Assembly: GCA_045106555.1 (NCBI GenBank) | Contig: JBGCET010000003.1 | Coordinates: forward strand, 55,244-119,243 | Direction of reading: 5' to 3' | Length of the DNA stretch: 64,000 bases | Source of the DNA: Lysobacterales bacterium | Lineage (GTDB): Bacteria > Pseudomonadota > Gammaproteobacteria > Xanthomonadales > SZUA-38 | Shown here: positions 48,404-56,383 of the stretch, piece by piece | How the letters are laid out: the number at the start of each line of letters is the position of its first letter | Position numbering within the stretch: position 1 is the first letter of the stretch | Translations under genes and position numbers: made by a program | Notes under the pieces: generated by a model | Seen by the model: the letters and a program-made list of their open reading frames with translations, nothing else | Told to the model about the DNA's origin: nothing | The model's database searches: none

Positions 48404-49582
48404 TTACCTGGGTTGCGGCGCCGCGCCGTCTTGGCGCTTAAGCGATTGGGCTTGAGAAACCCAGGCGTCACGCAGAATTCGTCCCTTGAACACATCCAGC
48501 CGGTCGTCAATGAAATCGACGTCTTCCCGATTCCATGACGCAACCTGCCAGAAGTAGTACACGCCGTTCGCGTTCAGCAGCCGTTCCAGTTTTGGACCAA
48601 CACCAGAGATTAGCTTCAAATCGTCTTTAGGGCCGTGGTCCTCGGTCTTAAACAGTTTAGGTCCGGCCACAGGGGCTGCTGAGGGAGGTGGTGTGGTGGC
48701 CTTGCAGGTGAAACGCTCAGGCAGGTTGTCAACCCGCTCTCCCAGCTGCTGAAGCTGCAGTGTTAAAGGTTGAAGATCTACCGCTGGGGTTTCCTTGCGT
48801 TGGGAAAGATCGCTGATTTGCCGGGAAATCCCGGCGCAGCGATCCTGAATAGGAGTGAGGTCTGCGGCGGGTGTAGGGTTGGGCAGGCCTTCAATAGCTT
48901 TTTGCAGCGCGCCAATACTTAGGGTGATTGGCCCTAAGTCAGTGCTTCTGTGGGGTGGTAAAGCATCGACGGTGTCTTGCAATACCTTCACGCGGTCCAT
49001 CAACGGCGTTAGGTCTGTGTCTTTGGGTACCGGTAGGACATCGACGGTGTCTTGCAATACCTTCACGCGGTCCATCAAAGGTATTAGGTCGGTGTCTTTG
49101 GGTACTGGCAAGGCGTTGATAGTCTCCCGCATTGCCTCAATGCGATGAGTCAGCGGGGCCAGGTCAGTCTCTTTTGGCGTCGGCAACTGGTTAACCGTGT
49201 CAGTCAGTGTATCCAGGCGTTGACTCAGAGGAGCCAAATCGATTTTCTCTGGCGTTGGCGGTTGAATGGTTCCCAGTGCAGCGCGAAATCCTGGTTCAAT
49301 GGTATCGATGCGGCGTTCTAGTTCAGAAAAATCGGCTTCAGCCGGGGTCGGAATTTCGGCGATTACCTCGCGCACTTTGGGCGTCAACGAAGCGTCGCTA
49401 ATGTCCAGTCTCTCCCACAATTGTCGCCAGAGCTTTTGCTGTTCGTCGTGCATGCCCAGCAACGACTGGTGGCTTGAGGTCACATCGACGAACCGGCGTC
49501 GACACCACCAATAGCCGAAAACCGCTCCCAGCAGTGTTGCCAGGAGAAAGATTAGGGTAAATTTTGCCAGTAGATATGCCAT
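48404..49582 (-). CDS. Membrane-anchored protein with ~25-aa helical repeats and C-terminal helix-hairpin-helix (COG3743/DUF4332-like) domain
   Basis: N-terminal TM helix; repeats DL.PL..R...L...V..LP; DDLKLISGVGPKLE..LN..GVY.F.QVA.W...GRI.RD.WV.QA. Confidence 0.8.
   Translation of the reverse strand: MAYLLAKFTLIFLLATLLGAVFGYWWCRRRFVDVTSSHQSLLGMHDEQQKLWRQLWERLDISDASLTPKVREVIAEIPTPAEADFSELERRIDTIEPGFRAALGTIQPPTPEKIDLAPLSQRLDTLTDTVNQLPTPKETDLAPLTHRIEAMRETINALPVPKDTDLIPLMDRVKVLQDTVDVLPVPKDTDLTPLMDRVKVLQDTVDALPPHRSTDLGPITLSIGALQKAIEGLPNPTPAADLTPIQDRCAGISRQISDLSQRKETPAVDLQPLTLQLQQLGERVDNLPERFTCKATTPPPSAAPVAGPKLFKTEDHGPKDDLKLISGVGPKLERLLNANGVYYFWQVASWNREDVDFIDDRLDVFKGRILRDAWVSQAQSLKRQDGAAPQPR
48935..49245 (-). 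repeat. 75-bp coding tandem repeats (25 aa)
   Basis: The 40-mer CATCGACGGTGTCTTGCAATACCTTCACGCGGTCCATCAA occurs identically at 48964 and 49039; flanking units are diverged; boundaries approximate. Confidence 0.85.
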
Positions 49583-49611
49583 ATCGTGTCCTCAGCGGGC
49601 CTTGTTATCGT

Positions 49612-50772
49612 TTACGGAAGTTCAGCGGGCGGTTTAGCAAAGACCATGACAATGCGTCGATTTGCCGCACGGCCGTCGACAGTCTGGTTGTCGCCAACGG
49701 GCTGGTTTTCGCCCAACCCCACAGCTGTTAGTCGTTGAGGGTCCACCGCTAGCTCAATTAGCGCCTGACGGACCGCGTTGGCCCGACTTTGGCTCAAGAT
49801 GAGATTGGCAGATTCATCACCCACGCTGTCGGTATGACCTTCAATGGTCAAAACGCCTGGGCAGGTTTTTGTGATGTCGGCCAAGGTTTTCAACAGCGCA
49901 TCACTGGCTGAGTCGATCGCGGCGCTGGCGGTAGCAAATTTGACAGTTGCCCTATTCAGCGCGTCTTTCGTCGCTTGATTGCACTCGTCGACCGCTTTCA
50001 GTTCGGTCAAGGTCAGATCGCCCAGAGTTAGATCAGCGCTGGACTGTTTGAAGGCCATTTCGGCGTTCATTCTGAGCTCCGGTGCCACCAGGCCGGAAAC
50101 GCTAAACACCCCCTGTTTCCATCGAGCGGTTCCGCGTTGCAGGTGGCTTAATACGGACAAAGCCCGAGCGTGAGCCTGGTTGTCTGAGGCCAGCCCCGGT
50201 TGGCGGGAAATGAACAGCTGGTTGTCGACCTCGGCGAATTGTCGTTGAGCCTGGCGTTCGAACTGCTGGTTGATCGTGTCAGAACTCACCTCGCCGATAA
50301 GCACGATGCCGGTGATTGTCTTCGCCGCCTCAAAATCGTGAAATCGGCGTTTCGCCGGCGCTGGCTCAAGCGTTTCGGCAATACGCTCAGGCGCCGCCGG
50401 TGCGCTCAAATCGAGATGGACGAGGGTCGGGCAGGTGAGACTGCCGGCCCAGGTTTCACAACGACTTGATCCAGCGCTGTTTTGCAACAGTTGCTGATCC
50501 GGAAGGTCAGCGATGCCGGCGACCCTGACACGCTGGCCGTCGCCACTAAAGTCCATCACCACCATGTTGTGAGCCGAGAGTTGTTGAGTGACGGCACCGG
50601 TGGTTTGCTTCTGCATGTTCGGCGCAATCACTAAAGCGCCGAAAAGGAACAGGGCCAGCAGCGCTAATAGTGCCAGCCAGCCCCAGGGCCACCAGGTCAG
50701 TTGAGGGTTATCACTTTGCTGCCAGTACTGTTGGCGGCTGCGATGGATCGACGAATGGGTTGTCGTGGCCAT
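49612..50772 (-). CDS. Membrane-anchored BON-like + OmpA C-terminal peptidoglycan-binding protein
   Basis: One TM helix; IEGHTDSVG...N..LSQSRANAV...G.GENQP...N.T..GRAANRRI. Start set to ATG 50772. Confidence 0.88.
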   Translation of the reverse strand: MATTTHSSIHRSRQQYWQQSDNPQLTWWPWGWLALLALLALFLFGALVIAPNMQKQTTGAVTQQLSAHNMVVMDFSGDGQRVRVAGIADLPDQQLLQNSAGSSRCETWAGSLTCPTLVHLDLSAPAAPERIAETLEPAPAKRRFHDFEAAKTITGIVLIGEVSSDTINQQFERQAQRQFAEVDNQLFISRQPGLASDNQAHARALSVLSHLQRGTARWKQGVFSVSGLVAPELRMNAEMAFKQSSADLTLGDLTLTELKAVDECNQATKDALNRATVKFATASAAIDSASDALLKTLADITKTCPGVLTIEGHTDSVGDESANLILSQSRANAVRQALIELAVDPQRLTAVGLGENQPVGDNQTVDGRAANRRIVMVFAKPPAELP

Positions 50773-50892
50773 GAATGTTCCCGATCTGCGAAATCGGAGA
50801 AAAGCATAGCCATGAGATCGCGACCTCGGCAAAAACCATTAACAATTGATAACGATTGAGGTCGGGCGACCGGCTGGCCGCCATTGCGGGCC

Positions 50893-53073
50893 TTAGTGGA
50901 GCGCCTGGGGGTTGTTGCTCGCGCCCAGATTGCTGGCGATGGAGTGCATCGCGCGGGTGATCAGGCTTCCCTCATCCATGGTTTCGATGCGCTCGGAAAG
51001 CAGGTCTTCAGCCAGTTCTTGCAGAGATTTTTCTGCCGCCTTAACGCCTCGTTGGTCGACAAACAGATAGTGGCCTGTGATCGGACTGATCCAAGACAGC
51101 TTGGCCCGCATGGGCTCGTTTTCATCTCGATGGAAAATCACCCACTGGCCCGTGTGCCAGTCCCGAACGGTGTCGAAAAACTGACTGAGCTCACCCTCAG
51201 TATTGGCGACGGGGGTTTCATCAAGAACCGCTTGCTCCACGATGTTTTCACCGCGAATGGTCAGGCCATTTTCGTCCGCCTCAATCATGATGCGGTCGTT
51301 GCCGGATTCGCGAATCATGCTGACATAAAGTTTTTTAAGGTTGAGCAGGACTTTCTGGATTTCTCCATCCTGATACCCGACCTGCTTCAGTCCGCTGCGC
51401 AGGGCTTTCGCCAGAACCGGTATGCGGGTTCGCAGGCGTTTGACCGATTTGTCGCTTTTGTCGAACGTGACGCTCCAGATCAATTCGTCAGCCGTGGCTA
51501 CCACTCGGCGCCATTGTTCCGACTGCATGCCATGGCGCAGAACCGTCAGCACCATGACGTGGGCCCAGGCCCGGTGTAGCAGGTTGGTGACCAAAGGCGG
51601 AACCGGCTTGTTGCGTACTCGACGTTGCAAAAGACGGGCAACATTTTGCCGCGCAAACTGCAGTTGCTCTTTGCCTTTAACCTGCTGGCGGACCCGTTCG
51701 GCGCGTTTTTCCGCAAGATTTTGCTGACGTTCGTGAAAACCGGTCAGGTCATCGCGCAGCTGTTCCAGCACCTTGGGGTCGTCCCAGTATTCACTGATGA
51801 CTTTTTCCACGGCGGCGTTGACCGTGCCCAGAGTTTCGCCTTTGCGATCGCTGTGCATGGTCCAGCCCATGCCCATCTTGCCCAACACTTCCAGCAGTTC
51901 TCGCGCTGGTGCCTTGGGTGCCAGCACCGATTCCGGGTTCTTCAGCGCGGCGCGCAGAAACGGCACCTGCAGGCGATGCATGGCCTGCTGAAATGGCGCC
52001 GGAAGCTGGCGGTCGTCGCGCATAAAGTCAAACATCATGCCGACCATGTCTACGGTGTTTTCATCACCCTGACCCAGACTCCCAGCCCCTTCACGAGCGG
52101 CCACATCCATCAGCTGAGATTTTATGCTGTCTGCGCCCACGTCACTGTCCACGCCGCCGGCGGCCAGTTCAGTCTGCAGGCTGGACAATACGTCCATCAG
52201 CGTATTAGTGGAAACGGCCGGCGCGGTTTGGGCTGCCCAGCTTTGTTGTCGATTTTCGGCAATCAGATTTCGGACCTGGTCCATCAACCGTCGCTCGATG
52301 GCGGCAGCGGCATCGATCACCACATCTTCGGTATTGCGCTGGGCGGCCTCAGCCGGCTCAGGCAGCGGCGCTGGGCGACGCGGCTTTTCTTTTCGGCGCA
52401 GCGTTCGCAGGTCCGGAACAACGCCGGCTTCGACGAGAATTTGATTCAGCGCACCGTAAATTTCGTCCAGATTGCGGACAACGTTCTTCTCGAAAGACTT
52501 GAACAGTGCCTGGTGAACTTCTACCTCAGATTCTAAACCCAGCAGCGCGTCACGAAAGGTTTCGCACAGAGCTCGGGGAGCCAGGGGGTTTAGATCATTC
52601 GGTATGGGGCTGGTCTCAAAAATACTGCCAATGCGCACGCCCAACCCGTACAGTTCGCGGGTAAACCGGATGTCGGCGGTTTCGACAATGGAGTCGATGG
52701 CCAGCGTGACGGTCAGGTCCCGGTCGTCGAGAATGCGTAGTTCGTCTTCGTTGAATGCCGCAAAGCTCTCCTCCGCGCCTGAGGTGCGGCGGTGGCTGAA
52801 AAAGTCTTTAAGCAAGCCGTCGACTTTCTCGACGTAAAGTAGCGTGAGCCGGCTTTTGCGCTGTTCAATTTCTCGTTTACCTTCGAAGTACCGACCCTGC
52901 TCAACGTCACTGCGAGCTTCAGACGCCATCTCGAACAGCCGATCGCAGGTATCCGCGAACACGCCGGGAATTTTTTGTTCCAGGTATTCAAGTACAAATC
53001 GTGCGCAGTCGCGATAAGCCGGATGTACTCCGGCCAGAGCCTCAACCGCGTAATGTCGTTTTACGCCGCCCAT
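50893..53073 (-). CDS. DUF1631 family protein
   Basis: 726-aa helical protein; NPLAP..LC, DMVGMMFDF, LQVPFLRAAL, C-terminal RAKLSWISP.TG.YLFVDQRG. Confidence 0.85.
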   Translation of the reverse strand: MGGVKRHYAVEALAGVHPAYRDCARFVLEYLEQKIPGVFADTCDRLFEMASEARSDVEQGRYFEGKREIEQRKSRLTLLYVEKVDGLLKDFFSHRRTSGAEESFAAFNEDELRILDDRDLTVTLAIDSIVETADIRFTRELYGLGVRIGSIFETSPIPNDLNPLAPRALCETFRDALLGLESEVEVHQALFKSFEKNVVRNLDEIYGALNQILVEAGVVPDLRTLRRKEKPRRPAPLPEPAEAAQRNTEDVVIDAAAAIERRLMDQVRNLIAENRQQSWAAQTAPAVSTNTLMDVLSSLQTELAAGGVDSDVGADSIKSQLMDVAAREGAGSLGQGDENTVDMVGMMFDFMRDDRQLPAPFQQAMHRLQVPFLRAALKNPESVLAPKAPARELLEVLGKMGMGWTMHSDRKGETLGTVNAAVEKVISEYWDDPKVLEQLRDDLTGFHERQQNLAEKRAERVRQQVKGKEQLQFARQNVARLLQRRVRNKPVPPLVTNLLHRAWAHVMVLTVLRHGMQSEQWRRVVATADELIWSVTFDKSDKSVKRLRTRIPVLAKALRSGLKQVGYQDGEIQKVLLNLKKLYVSMIRESGNDRIMIEADENGLTIRGENIVEQAVLDETPVANTEGELSQFFDTVRDWHTGQWVIFHRDENEPMRAKLSWISPITGHYLFVDQRGVKAAEKSLQELAEDLLSERIETMDEGSLITRAMHSIASNLGASNNPQALH

Positions 53074-53386
53074 GCGTCCTCAACCTTCCTCCCAGTTCAT
53101 CGTTCCTGGCGATAGAACTGGCATGTACTGCTTTTACGGGTGCGAACAACTGTGTAAGTGCCGTCACCTCTCCCAAGATGCATGTTCTACGCCGGCGGGG
53201 AGAATTGATCTGTGACCAAATTCTCAAATCTGATGAGCGGTAGTGTTTATCCGCTCAGCGGCCAATCCTTGGCCCGCTCTGGGGGTTGCTATTTGGCCCG
53301 TTTAGGCCGCGCAGCGTCTAGCGTAGCCTGCAGGGTATCGGCCTCGTTAAGGCAAACTTTAGTCTTGCCCCGCCCATTCCTCGATG

Positions 53387-53725
53387 TTATTCCAGGTGCT
53401 TGAAGATCTCGTCGGGGTGTTGAGGGTTGTCGGGGCGAGTGGCGCTATCCAGGCTGGCTTCCACCGACTGCATCACTCGCGCCATAAACTGCTGGCGGGA
53501 GTGGTCGCGTTCCACAGTGTCCTTTTCCGTGGGCTGAAATTGATCGATGGCGGTGGGTGATACGGCATCTTGTCGCGCCAACAGGCGCTCCAGCGCGTCC
53601 AGTCGGTCACGGGTGGTCGACAGCTCGCTGGCCAGGGAGAACACCAGGTTCAGAAGCTGGTCGGTGGCTGGGTCCTGAAAGTACTGGGGTTTGATGCCTT
53701 TGGCGCTGGAGGGAAATTCGCTCAT
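53387..53725 (-). CDS. Small helical partner protein, paralog 3
   Basis: AKGIKPQYFQDPATDQLLNLVFSLASELSTTRDRLDALERL; TAATG overlap with the methyltransferase stop. Confidence 0.85.
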   Translation of the reverse strand: MSEFPSSAKGIKPQYFQDPATDQLLNLVFSLASELSTTRDRLDALERLLARQDAVSPTAIDQFQPTEKDTVERDHSRQQFMARVMQSVEASLDSATRPDNPQHPDEIFKHLE

Positions 53726-54840
53726 TAGACTTGCCCCACTAAAATGGGCCAGGCCATGGGCTGCTCGCTGTAGTTGATTTGCTTGTCGCTGAACCCCGGG
53801 TCAAAGTCGGTCAGCTCAACATTGGCGTCAGCGAATCCGGCATCTGCCGCTGTCTGGCGCAGATCGATGTTGGTAATCAGGCGCGCAAAATGTTCGTTGT
53901 TGTTGTAAGTCTCCCAGGAATACATGAACTGCTGGAATGCGCCCTCGCCTCGAGGAATTTCAAGATGGGCCATGACGCCACCCGGCTTAAGAAGCCGTCG
54001 ACACTCAGCAAAAATATGACTCAATGCCGTGCGTGAGGTTTCATGTAGCACAATGTGGGATACCACTAGGTCAAAATGCTGATCCGGGAAATGGGTGTGT
54101 TCCGCGTTTTGCTGAGCAAAATGCACGGATTTACGTTTTTCTTCCGCTCTGGCATGGCCATAGCGCAAGCACGGTGCCGCCACATCGATCCCATGGACCT
54201 CGCTGTCTGGATAAGCATCGACCCAGGGCAGCGTGCTGTTGCCAACAGCACATCCCAAATCAAGAATCCGTGCGGGCTTCAGCTGGGGCGCATACTGTTG
54301 CGCAAATTTCACTAAGATCTTGCCCAGCAGGTCGCTGTCGGGGCCCAGGGCGCCGCCGATGTAGATCGGTAGACCGGTTTCGTAGAGTACGCCAGCAGTA
54401 ACATCATCTGGGCAGGTATCGGAATGGTAGCCGCCGGGCTGAATGTGAATATCTGCCGCCCGATGGTAAAGGGGAATTGCCAAGTCTGGATCCAGCGTCA
54501 GCGATCCCAGTGTTTCAGCATTTGTCCCCAATGAACGGAAATCATCTACGAGCTGCTGACGCTGGCGCAGCGCCGGTTCTGCCACCGACTGCCACATCAT
54601 TTCCTGGCTACGCCGCTGCATTGCGCTCCAAAACTGGTAGCAACTGTGACCCTCCATCAGCGTCTTCACCTCATCAACCGTGTTGGGTTTGCGGCCGTGG
54701 CGGGCCTCAAACGACGGTTCCAGGCGATGAGCAAAAAGTTGAGAGTTGCCAGGCTGAATGTTGGCGGCTAGGTGGGCGCGCCAGGTAGCAACAAAATCTT
54801 GTCTCGCTTGCTCGTCGTGATTGGGTTGGGGTTTATACAT
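53725..54840 (-). CDS. Class I SAM-dependent methyltransferase-like protein, paralog 3
   Basis: HDEQARQDF, DIHIQPGGY, ILDLGCAVGNSTLP, GID, FDLVVSHIVLHETS, NNEHF. Confidence 0.9.
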   Translation of the reverse strand: MYKPQPNHDEQARQDFVATWRAHLAANIQPGNSQLFAHRLEPSFEARHGRKPNTVDEVKTLMEGHSCYQFWSAMQRRSQEMMWQSVAEPALRQRQQLVDDFRSLGTNAETLGSLTLDPDLAIPLYHRAADIHIQPGGYHSDTCPDDVTAGVLYETGLPIYIGGALGPDSDLLGKILVKFAQQYAPQLKPARILDLGCAVGNSTLPWVDAYPDSEVHGIDVAAPCLRYGHARAEEKRKSVHFAQQNAEHTHFPDQHFDLVVSHIVLHETSRTALSHIFAECRRLLKPGGVMAHLEIPRGEGAFQQFMYSWETYNNNEHFARLITNIDLRQTAADAGFADANVELTDFDPGFSDKQINYSEQPMAWPILVGQV

Positions 54841-54852
54841 AGTGAATATCCT

Positions 54853-54894
54853 CTAGAACCTTGTTGAAAAGGTCATTTTTCAACAGCCTGCTAG
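54853..54894. mobile_element. Minimal inverted-repeat element (IS-end/MITE-like relic) flanked by CTAG direct repeats
   Basis: CTAG-AACCTTGTTGAAAA-GGTCAT-TTTTCAACAGCCTG-CTAG. Confidence 0.45.
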
Positions 54895-56261
54895 GCCCAC
54901 TTCCGGGATTCCGCAATGGCTTGCCGATAAGGTTTTAGGTTAGCCAACAGCACAACGCTGGAAAAGGCCGCGCCAATGCCGGACACCCAAGCAATGGAAT
55001 AGCGCAGCGCGCCTTCGTCTGCGTATACATAGTCGGTAATCAGGGCCACTGCCGTGGGTCCAACCGTCAGGCCCAAAATGGAGATCACAAATAGGTACAC
55101 GGCCGAGGTTTGGCCGCGCATCTGATTGGGGGTAATCATCATCAAAGCCGAAGCCCCCGTCGCGGTGGACATGGCCGGGCCAATGCTGGCTGGCACCAGC
55201 ATGATCAGCGCGCTGGTGGCTGTGGGCATCAGAGGCATCAGCGGGGCAGACAACAAAGTAATCAGCACCCCAATCAGCACGGTTTTAAGGTGAGCGTCAC
55301 TGTGGCCTTTCTGAAACAGATAGTCAGCGAGCCATCCGGCGCCATTAACTCCCAGCGGGCCGGTTATCAGCAGCAAAATGCCGTAGGCCAATCCCACTTC
55401 GCCAATGGTCCAACCGAAGGTGCGAATAAACATGGTGGGCACCCAGGAAAAGTAGGCATAGCCCACAATGGTCACCACCGACATGCCAACAAAAAGTTGG
55501 CCAAAGGCCCGTTTTCGGTCCCACAGGTAACGCACTACAAAGCGTAGCGGCAGCGCCTGGTCTTCAGTGCCGGTTTTCAGCAGGCCTCGACGTTTGGGTT
55601 CGCGAACGGTGAACAGCAGCAGGGCGACGCCAAGACCCGGAAGTCCCACCAGCATGAACACCAGCTGCCAAGGCTTTACGCTACCAATCAGCGGTAATAC
55701 GGTTTCGCCGCCAGCGGTGGCAAAGCCAATGACCGCCCCGCCCAAAATCATGGCGATACCGGCGCCAATGGAAATGCCGCTTTGGTAAAACCCAATGGCA
55801 CGACCCCGTTTATGCTCGGGAAAATAATCGGAAATCAACGACAGGGCGCTGGGCGAAAGTGAGGCTTCGCCGACGCCAACGCCAACCCGGGCTAAAAATA
55901 GCTGGCCATAACCCTTGGCCAGGCCGCAGGCAGCGGTCATGAAACTCCATACCGTAATTCCCGCCGCAATGATCAGGCGTCGGCTTTTGCGATCGGCCAG
56001 ACGGCCCAGCGGAATGCCCATCAGCGTATAGAACACGCCAAAAGCCAGACCCATCAGCAGACTGATTTGGGTGTCGGTCAAATTCAGATCGGCTTTGATG
56101 GGTCCCACCAGCAGGGCCAGAATTTGCCGATCAATAAAGGAGATAACGTAGGCCAACGTCAGTACCGTAACCACATACCAGGCGTAGCCCGAGGACGGGT
56201 AATTTTCCTCAGCGGTGGCGTCTTCAGACGAGGTCGGTTGATCCGAGGTGGGTGGATGCAT
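54891..56261 (-). CDS. MFS transporter (spinster-like)
   Basis: FIDRQIL.LLV.PIKADL.L.D.Q, GRLADR.SRR, ARVGVGVGEA.LSP.A.S.I.DYFP. Confidence 0.92.
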   Translation of the reverse strand: MHPPTSDQPTSSEDATAEENYPSSGYAWYVVTVLTLAYVISFIDRQILALLVGPIKADLNLTDTQISLLMGLAFGVFYTLMGIPLGRLADRKSRRLIIAAGITVWSFMTAACGLAKGYGQLFLARVGVGVGEASLSPSALSLISDYFPEHKRGRAIGFYQSGISIGAGIAMILGGAVIGFATAGGETVLPLIGSVKPWQLVFMLVGLPGLGVALLLFTVREPKRRGLLKTGTEDQALPLRFVVRYLWDRKRAFGQLFVGMSVVTIVGYAYFSWVPTMFIRTFGWTIGEVGLAYGILLLITGPLGVNGAGWLADYLFQKGHSDAHLKTVLIGVLITLLSAPLMPLMPTATSALIMLVPASIGPAMSTATGASALMMITPNQMRGQTSAVYLFVISILGLTVGPTAVALITDYVYADEGALRYSIAWVSGIGAAFSSVVLLANLKPYRQAIAESRKWA

Positions 56262-56316
56262 AAATAAGCCCTTGGGCTTCAAAACCCGCTATTTTACTTG
56301 GATTAGGCCGAATGAT

Positions 56317-56350
56317 ATGTTCGTATAACATTATGTCAGGAAATCTGACA
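56317..56350. promoter_or_regulatory. Two adjacent palindromes (ATGTT-N5-AACAT; TGTCAG-N5-CTGACA) in the divergent MFS/TonB-receptor promoter
   Basis: Read directly; AT-rich intergenic region. Confidence 0.55.
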
Positions 56351-56383
56351 AACCCTCCAATCATTTAGGGCCGTGGTAACTCT

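Noticed and set aside
48935-49245. Direct repeats that could suggest a CRISPR array
   Set aside because: In-frame 75-bp coding repeats with homologous intervening sequence; no unique spacers and no cas genes.
51625-52536. 303-aa plus-strand ORF (and 50884-51579)
   Set aside because: Antisense to the DUF1631 gene; no recognisable motifs.
37627-53725. Small partner proteins as RiPP precursor peptides
   Set aside because: They look like folded amphipathic helical proteins conserved along their length, with no leader/core split and no peptidase or RiPP maturase nearby.
36588-54840. Methyltransferases as DNA methyltransferases or a defence system
   Set aside because: No DPPY/NPPY or PC catalytic motifs and no nuclease partner; the motifs fit small-molecule class I enzymes.
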